Of a DNA stretch of 64,000 bases, positions 18,932-28,606 are shown one piece after another. Made by a program: the position numbers and the translations under genes. Positions within the stretch are counted from its first letter, which is position 1. Each line of letters opens with the position of its first letter. The stretch covers positions 32,001 through 96,000 of the forward strand of contig CAWJMT010000035.1 in assembly GCA_963844035.1 (NCBI GenBank), read 5' to 3'. The notes below the pieces were generated by a model, which did no database searches, was not told the DNA's origin, and saw nothing but the letters and a program-made list of their open reading frames with translations. This DNA is from an uncultured Gemmatimonadales bacterium (GTDB lineage: Bacteria > Gemmatimonadota > Gemmatimonadetes > Gemmatimonadales > GWC2-71-9).

Positions 18932-19840
18932 GTGACCACGACCGTGGTGTGGCATCCCGCCGCCGGGTTGCACAACCCCGGGGCAGGGCACCCGGAGCGC
19001 CCCGAACGGATCGCCGCGGTACTCGAGGCCCTGCGCGCACCGGAGTTGTCCCCGCACGTTCGGTGGCACGAGGCGGCGCCCGCGACGCGGGACCAGGTGG
19101 CCGCCGTGCACTCGACGGCATACCTGGACATGCTGGAGCGCGTCGCTGCAGGCGGGGGCGGGCTGCTCGACGAAGACACCATCATGGGTCCGCGCAGCTG
19201 GGAAAGCGCGCTCGCAGCGGCAGGCGTCGCGCTCGCGGCCGTGGAGCGAGGCATCGAGCACGACGGCGGAACGGCCTTCGGGGCTACGCGCCCGCCCGGG
19301 CATCACGCGCTCGCCGGGCGCGCCATGGGGTTCTGCTTCCTCAACAACGTCGTCATCGCGGCTCGCCATGCGCAGCGCCTCGGGCGCGCGCAGGTGCTGA
19401 TCGTTGACTGGGACGTGCATCACGGCAACGGGACGCAGGACCTGGTCGACACCGATGCTTCGATCCGCTACGTGTCGATGCATCAGTATCCCTGGTACCC
19501 GGGGACCGGCGCGGCCAGCGAGCGCGGGATCGGCAACATCTTCAACGTGCCGCAGCCCCCGGGATTGCCGCGGGCAACGTACGTGCGCGACCTGCTCGCG
19601 GCGGTGGACCGGGCACTCGACGGCTGGCGCCCCGACCTGCTGCTCGTGTCGGCGGGATTCGATTCGCTCGCGGGCGATCCACTGGGAGGGTTCACGCTCG
19701 AGCCGGAAGACATGGCACAGTGGACGGTCGCGCTGCGGCAGCGTGTGGCTCCGGCACCGGTGGTCGGCGTGCTCGAGGGCGGATATCGCGTGGAGCGGCT
19801 CGCGGCGGGCGCGCAGGCGCACGTCCGCGCGCTTGCCTGA
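18932..19840 (+). CDS. Histone deacetylase family amidohydrolase
   Basis: [43 protein letters not shown]. Confidence 0.95.
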   Translation: MTTTVVWHPAAGLHNPGAGHPERPERIAAVLEALRAPELSPHVRWHEAAPATRDQVAAVHSTAYLDMLERVAAGGGGLLDEDTIMGPRSWESALAAAGVALAAVERGIEHDGGTAFGATRPPGHHALAGRAMGFCFLNNVVIAARHAQRLGRAQVLIVDWDVHHGNGTQDLVDTDASIRYVSMHQYPWYPGTGAASERGIGNIFNVPQPPGLPRATYVRDLLAAVDRALDGWRPDLLLVSAGFDSLAGDPLGGFTLEPEDMAQWTVALRQRVAPAPVVGVLEGGYRVERLAAGAQAHVRALA

Positions 19841-19867
19841 GCGCACGCGGCGCGGGATACTTGCATT

Positions 19868-20881
19868 GTGAAGCTCACGACCGAAGTCATCACGCTGCGC
19901 ACGCGGCACCCATTCGTGATCGCGCGCGGCGGCTCGAGCGACTATCGCGTGGTCTGGGTCCGGCTGACCGACGCCGCTGGACGGGAGGGATGGGGTGAGG
20001 CCGACCCGTCTTCCTACTATAAGGAGACCGCGGATACCGTTCTGGCGGCTCTCAAGAAGATGGAGCCGCACCTTCCCGCCGACCCGTTTGCCCTCGAGCA
20101 AGCTGATGCCCACTTCGCGCAGGTCGCTCCCAACGATCGGGCGGCGCGCGCGGCGCTCTCGGCCGCGCTCCACGACCTGGTGGGCAAGCGCCTCGGACAG
20201 CCCGTATGGCGCTTGTGGGGGCTCGATCCGGACCGCGCTCCCCTGTCATCCTTTACCATCGGGCTGGATACTCCCGAGCGGATGCGGCAGAAGGTGGCGG
20301 AGGCGGAGCAGTACCCGATCTTGAAGATCAAGTTGGGCACCGATCGGGACGAAGAGATTCTCCGCACGATCCGCGACGCGACGGACAAGCCGCTCAGGGT
20401 GGACGCCAACGCGGGATGGACGCGCGAGCGGGCGATTGCCATGCTCCCGGTCCTGCGGGATTTCGGCGTGGAGTTCCTGGAGCAGCCCCTGGCACCGGAC
20501 GATCTCGAGGGCATTGCCGCCGTGCGCCGCGAAGAGGTACTCCCGGTGATCGTGGACGAGAGCTGCCTGATCGCCGCCGACATCCCGCGCCTGGCGGGCG
20601 TGGCGGACGGCATCAACATCAAGCTGGCGAAGTGCGGCTCGCTGCGGGAAGCGCTGCGGATGATCGCCACCGCGCGGGCGCACGGGATGCTGGTGATGCT
20701 GGGATGCATGATCGAGTCGTCGCTCGGGATCACGGCGGCCGCGCAGCTCGCGCCGCTGCTCGATGCCGCCGATCTCGACGGGGCGGCGCTGACGGCGAAC
20801 GACCCGTTCGTTGGCGCGACCATCGATGGCGGCAAGATCCACCTGCCGACCGAGCCGGGGTTGGGCGTCCGCCAGCGATGA
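19868..20881 (+). CDS. L-Ala-D/L-Glu dipeptide epimerase (enolase superfamily)
   Basis: FVIARG, KIKLG, VDANAGW, EQP, VDES, NIKLAKCG, GCMIES, DLDG. Confidence 0.93.
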   Translation: MKLTTEVITLRTRHPFVIARGGSSDYRVVWVRLTDAAGREGWGEADPSSYYKETADTVLAALKKMEPHLPADPFALEQADAHFAQVAPNDRAARAALSAALHDLVGKRLGQPVWRLWGLDPDRAPLSSFTIGLDTPERMRQKVAEAEQYPILKIKLGTDRDEEILRTIRDATDKPLRVDANAGWTRERAIAMLPVLRDFGVEFLEQPLAPDDLEGIAAVRREEVLPVIVDESCLIAADIPRLAGVADGINIKLAKCGSLREALRMIATARAHGMLVMLGCMIESSLGITAAAQLAPLLDAADLDGAALTANDPFVGATIDGGKIHLPTEPGLGVRQR

Positions 20882-23127
20882 GCGGAACGCCGGCCGCCGA
20901 AGTCGTCCTTCCGCTTCCGATCTCCCGCCCGTACACGTACCGGATCCCTCCCGGTCTCGCCGCGCGTGTCGTGCCGGGGGCGCGCGTGCTCGTCCCGGTC
21001 CGGCAACGGCACGCGATCGGCGTCGTCATGTCCGTCATCGACGCCGAGGCGGCGCGCGACCTCAAGACGATCCTCGCCGTTCCCGATGCCGACCCGGCGC
21101 TGTCTCCGGCGTTGTTGCGGCTGGCGCGCTGGATCGCCGGGTACTACGGCGCGCCGCTCGGGTTGACGCTCCGCGCCATGCTTCCCGGGACGCTGTGGCA
21201 GGCGGAGCGCCCGGAGGGGCCGCGCGACGCCGAGGAGCGCGTGCTCGTCCTCACCCAGCGCCTCCCCTCGCTGCTCGAGCGGGAGCGCACGTTCCAGCGC
21301 GCTCCCAAACGCCGTCTTGCCTATGAGGCGGTAGAAGCGCTCGGCGGCTCGGCGCCACTGCGGCACCTCACGACGCAGCTCAAGTTCTCCGCCGCCGTGC
21401 TCGACGGCCTGGTGCAGCCAACAGCTGGCAAGGGTCGAGCGGGTGGCGCAGCTCCGCGACCCGTTTGCCGACCTCGCGACACCGCCTCCACCCACCCTCA
21501 GCCCCGACCAGCGGCGCGTCGTGGACGACATCGCCGCGACCCCGCCCGACGTGCCGGTGCTGATCCACGGGGTCACCGGATCGGGGAAGACGCTGGTCTA
21601 TCTCGAGGTCGTGCGCCGCCTGGTGGAGCAGGGGCGCGGGGCGATCCTGCTGGTTCCGGAAATTGCGTTGACGCCCCAGACCGTCGCGCGGGTCCGGGGC
21701 GTGTTCGGCGATCAGGTGGCCGTGCTGCACTCGGGGTTGTCCGACGGCGAACGCGTCGATGCCTGGCGCGCGCTGCGCAGCGGCGAGCGACTCGTGGCCG
21801 TGGGCCCACGCTCGGCGGTGTTCGCGCCGGTGCAGCGGCTCGGCGCGATCGTCGTGGACGAGGAGCACGAGGGCAGCTACAAGCAGGGGACCGCGCCCCG
21901 CTACCACGCCCGCGACGTCGCCCGGGTACGGGCCCAGCTCGAGGATGCGCGCCTGGTGCTGGGCAGCGCGACGCCGTCGCTCGAGACGCTGCACCAGGGG
22001 GAAGCGGGGGTAGTGCGCGTGTTCGGTCTGCCGCAGCGGATCGATGCGCGGCCGTTGCCGCCTGTGACCGTGGTGGATTTGCGCACCGCGCCGCGCGTGC
22101 CCGAGGCGCGGGGCGTACCCTGGAGCGAAGCCCTGGACGCCGCCGTGAGCGAGGCGCTGGCCCAACACGATCAGATCATTCTTCTCCTCAACCGCCGCGG
22201 CTTCGCGACCTATCTGCAATGTCCCGCCTGTGGCGACGTGCGCGAGTGTCCGCGGTGCGCCATCACCCTCACGGTGCACCAGACGCCGCCCGCGCTGCGC
22301 TGCCACTACTGCGGCCACGAGGAGCCGGTGGCGCCGTCGTGCCGGAAGTGCGGGCACGAGACCCAGCGGATGCGGGGGATCGGCACGCAGCAGCTCGAGC
22401 ATTTCGTGGCGCTGCGGTTTCCCGAGGCCCGAATCGCCCGGATGGACCTGGACACGACCAGCACCAAGTGGGCGCACCACCACATTCTCGAGCGGGTGGC
22501 GCGTCGCGAGATCGACATCCTGCTCGGCACGCAGATGATCGCCAAGGGCCTCGATTTTCCCGGCGTGACCCTGGTGGGCGTGGTCGATGCGGACACGGGT
22601 CTGCACCTGCCCGACTTTCGCGCGGCCGAGCGCACGTTTCAGCTCGTGGCACAGGTCGCGGGTCGCGCGGGGCGGGGCCCGAAGGGCGGGCGGGTGCTGG
22701 TGCAGACGCGCGCGCCGGAGCACCACGCGATCCGCGCGGCGCAGGCGCACTCGGTGCGGGACTTCGCCGCGGCCGAGCTGCCGCTGCGGGCACCGCCGAA
22801 CCCGGTGTACCCGCCATTCACGGGCCTGGTGCGGTTCGTCGCCGCCGACGAGGATGCGGACGCCGCCGCCCGGGCCGCGGCGGACGTCGCCGCCTGGGTG
22901 CGGCGCGTGGGAGCGGAGCAGCTCGAGGGCGCGCTGCTCGTGCTGGGGCCCGCGCCCTGCCCGGTCCCGCGGCTCAAGAACCGCTGGCGCTGGCACGTGC
23001 TCGTCAAAGCGACGGAGCCGCGCGCCATCGGGCAAGTCGTGCGCGCATGGGGGCGGGGAAAGGCGGCCGCGGGGGGGGCGCGCCGGCCGGTGGTATCGTG
23101 GATCGCGATCCCGTGACGCTGCTGTAG
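20878..23127 (+). CDS. priA: Primosomal protein N' (indels near 21425 and 23075)
   Basis: HGVTGSGKT, LVPEIALTPQ, DEEHE, two CxxC pairs, GTQMIAKGLDFP, QVAGRAGR, DRDPVTLL. Confidence 0.96.
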   Translation: MSGTPAAEVVLPLPISRPYTYRIPPGLAARVVPGARVLVPVRQRHAIGVVMSVIDAEAARDLKTILAVPDADPALSPALLRLARWIAGYYGAPLGLTLRAMLPGTLWQAERPEGPRDAEERVLVLTQRLPSLLERERTFQRAPKRRLAYEAVEALGGSAPLRHLTTQLKFSAAVLDGLVQPTAGKGRAGGAAPRPVCRPRDTASTHPQPRPAARRGRHRRDPARRAGADPRGHRIGEDAGLSRGRAPPGGAGARGDPAGSGNCVDAPDRRAGPGRVRRSGGRAALGVVRRRTRRCLARAAQRRATRGRGPTLGGVRAGAAARRDRRGRGARGQLQAGDRAPLPRPRRRPGTGPARGCAPGAGQRDAVARDAAPGGSGGSARVRSAAADRCAAVAACDRGGFAHRAARARGAGRTLERSPGRRRERGAGPTRSDHSSPQPPRLRDLSAMSRLWRRARVSAVRHHPHGAPDAARAALPLLRPRGAGGAVVPEVRARDPADAGDRHAAARAFRGAAVSRGPNRPDGPGHDQHQVGAPPHSRAGGASRDRHPARHADDRQGPRFSRRDPGGRGRCGHGSAPARLSRGRAHVSARGTGRGSRGAGPEGRAGAGADARAGAPRDPRGAGALGAGLRRGRAAAAGTAEPGVPAIHGPGAVRRRRRGCGRRRPGRGGRRRLGAARGSGAARGRAARAGARALPGPAAQEPLALARARQSDGAARHRASRARMGAGKGGRGGGAPAGGIVDRDPVTLL

Positions 23128-23176
23128 CCCGGCGGACATTGCGTCAAGGGTTTGGGAACAGATACCTTTGGCGTCC

Positions 23177-24298
23177 GTGACCCTCCCTCGCTTCCGGTAT
23201 CGTCCCCCCAACTTTCATACGCCGCCGCTCGCGGACGCGCCTGAGGCGCGCTTTGAGCTTGCGCCGGCGGATGGGGTGCTTCCGGACGGGTTCTTTTCGA
23301 CCACCAACCTGCCCACCTACCTGAAGGTCGGCACCTGGCGCCGTCCGCGCCTGCCGCGCATGGACTGCGTGGTGGTGCGGCAAGCGAACGGCGACCTGGT
23401 GGTCACCGAGCCCCGCAAGGTGCCGAAGGGTGGTCTGGTCGCCGTCGGGGTGGCGGAGGATGGCAGCGAAGGGATCTACGTGCACGCCGAGGGGTTCCTG
23501 GGCGGGCGCCACAGCGCCAACGAATTCGGGTTCATGCAGACCGAGGTGTCGCGCGAGCGGCCGGTGGACTACGCGGTCCTGGCGCAGCTGCTGGGAGAAG
23601 AGAAGCAACGCGGTGGCAAGGTGCTGTGGGTGGTTGGGCCCGCCCTGGTGCACGCCCGGGCCCGCATGGACATGATCTGGTTCATCGAGAACGGCTACGC
23701 CAACGTGCTGTTCGGCGGCAATGCGGTCGCCGTGCACGACCTCGAGGCCGCGATCTTCGGCACCACGCTGGGAATGTCGAGCTCCGGGGAAGGCGTGGAA
23801 GGCGGCCACGCGCTGCACATGCGGGCCATCAACGCCATCCGCCGGGCGGGGTCGATCGCCGCGGCGGTGGAGCAGGGGCTTGTGACCGAGGGTATCATGC
23901 ACGCGCTCGTGACGCACGACGTGCCGTTCGTGCTGGCGGGCTCGATCCGGGACGATGGCCCCCTGCCGGAAGTGGTGACCGACACGCGGGCCGCGCAGGA
24001 TGCGATGCGCGCCTACACGACGCAGGTCACATTTGCGGTGTTCGTGGCGACGGCGCTCCACGCGATCGCCGTCGGCAACATGCTGCCCGCGTTCGTGGAC
24101 GGTTCCACGGTGGAAGATGTGCGGCCGCTCACCACCATCTGTGTGGACCAGACCGAGTTCGTGGTCACCAAATTGAAGGACCGGGGAACGCACCAGGCCT
24201 TCGGGGTCGTTACCAACGCGCAGGATTTCATGCACGTGCTGCGGTTCTACGTGGAGCGATGGGAGCAAGCCCAGACTCCGGCGTCGGCCGTCCGCTGA
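23177..24298 (+). CDS. TIGR00300 / ArgZ-AgrE C-terminal-like ornithine cyclodeaminase family protein
   Basis: FFSTTNLPT, RMDCVVV, FGFMQTEVSRE, GGNAVAVHDLE, LAGSIRDDGPLP, LHAIAVGNMLP, KLKDRG. Confidence 0.85.
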   Translation: MTLPRFRYRPPNFHTPPLADAPEARFELAPADGVLPDGFFSTTNLPTYLKVGTWRRPRLPRMDCVVVRQANGDLVVTEPRKVPKGGLVAVGVAEDGSEGIYVHAEGFLGGRHSANEFGFMQTEVSRERPVDYAVLAQLLGEEKQRGGKVLWVVGPALVHARARMDMIWFIENGYANVLFGGNAVAVHDLEAAIFGTTLGMSSSGEGVEGGHALHMRAINAIRRAGSIAAAVEQGLVTEGIMHALVTHDVPFVLAGSIRDDGPLPEVVTDTRAAQDAMRAYTTQVTFAVFVATALHAIAVGNMLPAFVDGSTVEDVRPLTTICVDQTEFVVTKLKDRGTHQAFGVVTNAQDFMHVLRFYVERWEQAQTPASAVR

Positions 24299-24651
24299 GC
24301 GTCGGCGCGGGTCCCGGCTGGGCGCAGCTGGCGACTGCCGTGGCGGCGCAGGTGCCTCCCGCGGAGATCGAGACGATCTATCTCTTCCGGCCGCTCAAGC
24401 GGGAGGGGCGCGAGTGGGGCACCGCCGTCGTGACGCGTCGCGCGGAGGAGGGAAGCCGGTTGCGCGTGTACACGGCGCGGTACATGCTCATCCTCCGGGG
24501 CAAGGAGCGCGGGCGCTGGAAGGGGGACGTCGAAGAGGTGGCGCTGTCGCCGGCGGAAGTGCTGGCGCAGGTGATGCAGGCAGCGGTGGATCGCTCGGGC
24601 GATCCGGAGCCGCCGGTCATCGTCGAGAGGTCGGCCTGGTATGAAGTATGA
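24295..24651 (+). CDS. Conserved hypothetical protein (possible CTG start overlapping the upstream TGA)
   Basis: IETIYLFRPLKREGREWGTAVV...VYTARY...GDPEPP; coupled at both ends. Confidence 0.7.
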   Translation: MSVGAGPGWAQLATAVAAQVPPAEIETIYLFRPLKREGREWGTAVVTRRAEEGSRLRVYTARYMLILRGKERGRWKGDVEEVALSPAEVLAQVMQAAVDRSGDPEPPVIVERSAWYEV

Positions 24652-25112
24652 AGGTTGACGGCAGCAAGCTGCTGGGAGAATTCCGGCAGTATTTGAGCGA
24701 TCACAACCTGCCCGCGACCAACCAGCGTCTGGCGGTCGCGGAGGCGGTGTTCTTTGCAACCGACCATCTGTCGGTGGACGACGTCGCGCGTCAGGCGGCG
24801 AAGCGCGGCGCCCCGGTCGGAACGGCGACGGTGTACCGTTCGCTCGACCTGCTGGTGCGCAGCGGGCTGGTCAAGGAGCACGACTTTGGCGAGGGCTTCA
24901 AGCGCTACGAGGCGATGCTCCCGGGTCAGGCGCACGAGCATTGCATCTGTACGTCGTGCGGCAGCGTGTTGGAGTTCTCCAACGATCGCCTGGAACGGAT
25001 GATCGCGCTGCTCGCGGAGGAGGTGGACTTCCGTCCCCACCACCACCGTCTGGATGTGTACGGTCTGTGCCGGAGCTGTCAGCAGGCAAACCCCCTAGCG
25101 CGGGCGAGGTAA
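24648..25112 (+). CDS. fur: Fur family transcriptional regulator
   Basis: [36 protein letters not shown]. Confidence 0.93.
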   Translation: MKVDGSKLLGEFRQYLSDHNLPATNQRLAVAEAVFFATDHLSVDDVARQAAKRGAPVGTATVYRSLDLLVRSGLVKEHDFGEGFKRYEAMLPGQAHEHCICTSCGSVLEFSNDRLERMIALLAEEVDFRPHHHRLDVYGLCRSCQQANPLARAR

Positions 25113-25132
25113 CGAGCTTGATCGACTCACGC

Positions 25133-25678
25133 ATGTTCGTTCCGACCAAGGCATTCCTCACCAAGGGCGTCGGCCGGCATAAGGAAAAACTCACGAGCTT
25201 CGAGATGGCCCTGCGGGACGCCCATCTTGCCAACTTCAACCTCGTCCGCGTGAGCTCCATCTTTCCGCCCGAGTGCGAATTGGTGGACCGGGAGGAGGGG
25301 CTCACCCTGATGCGGCCCGGCCAGGTGGTGTTCGCGGTGATCGCGGAGTCGTCGACCAACGAGCCGAGTCGCCTCGTCGCGGCGTCGATCGGCGTGGCGA
25401 TGCCCGCCGACCAGACCCATCACGGCTACATCTCCGAGCACCACACCTATGGACAGAACGAAATCGTGGCGGGGGAATACGCCGAGGATCTCGCCGCGTC
25501 CATGCTGGCGACCGTGCTCGGCGTCCCGTTCGACCCGGAGCAGGCCTGGGATCAGCGGCGTGAGCAGTGGATGGTCTCCGGCGAGATCGTCCGCACCATG
25601 AACGTCACGTCCACCGCCGAGTGCGGTCCGGATGGCCGCTGGACCACGGTCGTGTCCGCGGTCTGCTTCTGCGGGTGA
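25133..25678 (+). CDS. pdaD: Pyruvoyl-dependent arginine decarboxylase
   Basis: [20 protein letters not shown]er-Ser cleavage site, [15 protein letters not shown]. Confidence 0.92.
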   Translation: MFVPTKAFLTKGVGRHKEKLTSFEMALRDAHLANFNLVRVSSIFPPECELVDREEGLTLMRPGQVVFAVIAESSTNEPSRLVAASIGVAMPADQTHHGYISEHHTYGQNEIVAGEYAEDLAASMLATVLGVPFDPEQAWDQRREQWMVSGEIVRTMNVTSTAECGPDGRWTTVVSAVCFCG

Positions 25679-25689
25679 CGTAACCTCCC

Positions 25690-26441
25690 ATGCTTGTCCT
25701 GCAGGCGGCGCTCGACGCGGGGCGCAATGTCTCGTTCGTCGTGGCGTTTACGGCTGGACTGCTGAGCTTTCTGTCGCCCTGCGTCCTGCCGCTCATCCCG
25801 AGCTACGTCGGCTTTCTCACCGGCATGTCCGTCGAAGAGCTGCAGACGAAGCGCGGCACCGCGCTGCTCCACGCCCTGTGGTTCGTGGCCGGGTTCTCCA
25901 TCGTCTTCATGGCGCTCGGCGCGACCGCGTCGGTGTTGGGCGGGTTCATGCTCCGCTACCACGTGTGGATCGGGCGCATCGGCGGCGTGCTGGTGCTGCT
26001 CGTTCGGGTTGTATCTGCTGGGCGTGTTGCGTCCGGCGTTCCTGATGCAGGAGCGGCGCATCCAGCTGGCGCGGAAACCCCTGGGATATGCCGGCTCAGC
26101 GCTCGTGGGCGTGGCGTTCGGCGCCGCCTGGACGCCCTGCATCGGCCCGATTCTCGGCGCGATCCTGACGCTGGCGGCGGAGGCGGCCAGCGTGGCGCAG
26201 GGGACGGCCCTGCTCGGCGTCTACGCCCTCGGGCTCGCCGTCCCGTTCGTGCTGACCGCAGTGGCGCTGGATCGGTTTCTGGTGTGGTTCCAGAGGTTCC
26301 GTCCGTACATCGTGTGGGTGGAACGAATCGCCGGCGTGATGTTAGATACTTCTGGGTGTGCTCCTGATCACCGACCGCTTCAGCTTGCTCGCGGGATACT
26401 TGCAAGGACTGACCCCCGAATTTCTGAAGCGGCGGTTGTAG
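25690..26441 (+). CDS. ccdA: Cytochrome c biogenesis protein CcdA (two indels)
   Basis: GLLSFLSPCVLPLIP, WTPCIGPILG, YALGLAVPF. Confidence 0.93.
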
Positions 26442-26456
26442 AAACGAGCACGGCGG

Positions 26457-26491
26457 GTACCACATTCCTATATTAGGTGGTACGTACCACC
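26457..26491. promoter_or_regulatory. Palindromic operator-like site
   Basis: GGTGGTACGTACCACC perfect 16-bp palindrome (26476-26491) plus third half-site GTACCAC (26457-26463). Confidence 0.5.
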
Positions 26492-26507
26492 CCAGAGGAG
26501 AAAGACG

Positions 26508-27278
26508 ATGACCGGTAATCAGTGGATACGACTGAGCGCCGCGTTGAGCCTGGCGGCGGTGCTCGGCTGTGCCAAGGGCGAGCAGAGTCAGACTCGCCGA
26601 CAGCACGGCCCGCAACCTGACGCTCGCGCCGACCGAATCGACCGCGGCGATGAAGGACGTTCCGGCGCCCGAAGAGCAGCCCGCCGCCCCCGCGCCCAAG
26701 CCGGCGCCCAAACCCAAGCCGAAGCCCCGCCACCCGCCCCCACGAGCTACACGCTCCGGGCCGGTACCGGGGTTGCCATGAGCATCGACGACTCCATCAC
26801 GACGCGCCACGCCAAGGCGGGTGACACCTTCAAAGCGACCGTCAGCGAGGACATCCGGGATGCCTCGGGGCACGTAGTGATTCCGATGGGCTCGGTGGTG
26901 ACGGGAACGGTCGTCAGCGCGGTGCCCGCGCCCAATCCGCGCGCGACCGGTCACCTCGACCTGGCGGTGAGCACCGTGGCAGTGCGCGGCGTGGTCTATA
27001 CCGTCGAAGGCACGGTGGATTCCAAGGACAGCGTGATGCAAGGACGTGGTGTCACGACGGCGGACGCCGGCAAAGTGGCCGCGGGCGCGGCGGTCGGCGC
27101 CATCGCGGGCAAGCTGTTCGGTAAGAACACGAAGGGTGCGGTGATCGGTGGTGCCGCGGGTGCGGCGGCGGGTGGCGTGGTCGCCTCGCGGTCGCGCGAC
27201 ATCGATGTGCTGCTTCCCGCGGGCGCGGGTATTCACGTGACGCTGTCGGCGCCGCTGACGGTGAGCGCGCGTCGCTGA
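26508..27278 (+). CDS. Lipoprotein with Pro-rich linker, beta domain and glycine zipper (compensating indels)
   Basis: VLGC lipobox, IPMGSVVTGTV, AGAAVGAIAG...IGGAAGAAAG; GAGGAG RBS. Confidence 0.75.
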   Translation: MTGNQWIRLSAALSLAAVLGCAKGEQSQTRRQHGPQPDARADRIDRGDEGRSGARRAARRPRAQAGAQTQAEAPPPAPTSYTLRAGTGVAMSIDDSITTRHAKAGDTFKATVSEDIRDASGHVVIPMGSVVTGTVVSAVPAPNPRATGHLDLAVSTVAVRGVVYTVEGTVDSKDSVMQGRGVTTADAGKVAAGAAVGAIAGKLFGKNTKGAVIGGAAGAAAGGVVASRSRDIDVLLPAGAGIHVTLSAPLTVSARR

Positions 27279-27372
27279 GCTAGAGCGTGACCGGGTCGCC
27301 ATGTTTGGGGCCCGGTCACACCGCAGGCATCTACAACCTTCGAGCCATCCCAGCACGCCCGGGCCGATCCCT

Positions 27373-27627
27373 GTGTTCCACGAGTTGCTGCGATACCTGC
27401 TCATTGCTGCCGCGCTGGCCAGTGTGATCTACGGTGTTGTCAATTTTCCGGGTTCTCACCTGCGCTCTGCGACCTATGTTACGCGTCCGAAGGTGTGGTG
27501 GTGGTCACCGTGGCGCTTCTTCAGCGATGACGAATGGACAGCGGAGGGACTCACCTACCGGCGCCGATTCGTGATGTGGTGCCTGCTGTCGGTTGGGCTC
27601 CTCATGGCCGTCATGTGGCTCCTGTAG
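27373..27627 (+). CDS. Small 2-TM hypothetical protein
   Basis: Two hydrophobic helices around WSPWRFFSDDEWTAEG. Confidence 0.5.
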   Translation: MFHELLRYLLIAAALASVIYGVVNFPGSHLRSATYVTRPKVWWWSPWRFFSDDEWTAEGLTYRRRFVMWCLLSVGLLMAVMWLL

Positions 27628-27726
27628 AACCGATGCCTAAGGAGGTATCTACGGTCAACGAGCCTGCACAGCACCCAACTACTGCGCGCGACTACAGCGC
27701 GCTCATCATCCTCGCGGAGAACGAGC

Positions 27727-28473
27727 GTGACGTCTGACAAGCGCTGGGCCCGCTTTCTTTTCGTGGTTGTTCTTCCCACACTTTTCCTCGCCCCAGCCGC
27801 CGCGGCGCAAATTGAGTTCACTCCCTACGTCGGCGCTTTCCTGCCGGCGGGGCGGGTCGTGGATGAGACCGAGAACCCGAGCACGATGTGCCTATTCTTC
27901 TACTTCAACCACCCCCCTGGTACGTGCTCGAACTTTGGGTACGTGAAGCAGAATGTTGCGCCGCTGGTAGGAGCGAGAGTCACTGCATGGATCGCCTCTC
28001 GCTGGGCTCTCGAGCTTGCGGGCTTCTACACTCGGAGCGGCACGTCGAGCCCCACCTTCGGCGACCAGTCGGCCACGGTGTACGGCGGTTCCGGGCGCGT
28101 TCTCTTTGCCCTCACACCGCGCCACGCGCGGACGTCTTTGTACGCACTTGCGGGACCGGTTGCCGTATGGCATACGGGCGTGACGTACGACTCGCTCGAC
28201 TACATCCGGTCGGTCTACGGGATGTCCACGAGGGCGGCCTATTGGGGCGCGGTGCTAGGCGTAGGGATACGGAGTGGCACCACCGCTCCCGTAGGATGGC
28301 GGATTGAATTCGAGGACAATTACTACGGGTTCCCAGGCCTCCTCACCCCCCACAAACAGCATGATTTCGTTGTGTCCGGGGGACTGAAGTTGGAAGTCGG
28401 TCATTCGCGACGCCGGACGCCGTCGCACCAATTCCGGCAATCCGCCAGGCGGCTGCCGGATACACATCCATGA
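27727..28473 (+). CDS. Outer-membrane beta-barrel protein (OmpA/OmpW-like)
   Basis: Signal peptide AAAA/QIEFTPYVG, alternating strands, GAVLGVGIR, HDFVVSGGLKL. Confidence 0.7.
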   Translation: MTSDKRWARFLFVVVLPTLFLAPAAAAQIEFTPYVGAFLPAGRVVDETENPSTMCLFFYFNHPPGTCSNFGYVKQNVAPLVGARVTAWIASRWALELAGFYTRSGTSSPTFGDQSATVYGGSGRVLFALTPRHARTSLYALAGPVAVWHTGVTYDSLDYIRSVYGMSTRAAYWGAVLGVGIRSGTTAPVGWRIEFEDNYYGFPGLLTPHKQHDFVVSGGLKLEVGHSRRRTPSHQFRQSARRLPDTHP

Positions 28474-28606
28474 CATCCAAGGACACGCTCCGCGAACAAG
28501 CGCGTGAGCTGGCGGCGCGGCCGCCACGAGGTAGAATTGCGTTTGTGCGCCCGTCGGCGCTACTCCGGTTACACTTGTTGCTCGAGACGTTTATCACGGA
28601 GCACAC

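Noticed and set aside
20878..23127. priA and other frameshifted genes as pseudogenes
   Set aside because: Motifs intact and indels spread across the window; sequencing error is more parsimonious
26508..27278. Type IV secretion VirB10/TrbI gene
   Set aside because: Only a generic similar beta domain in a lipoprotein; no other conjugation genes
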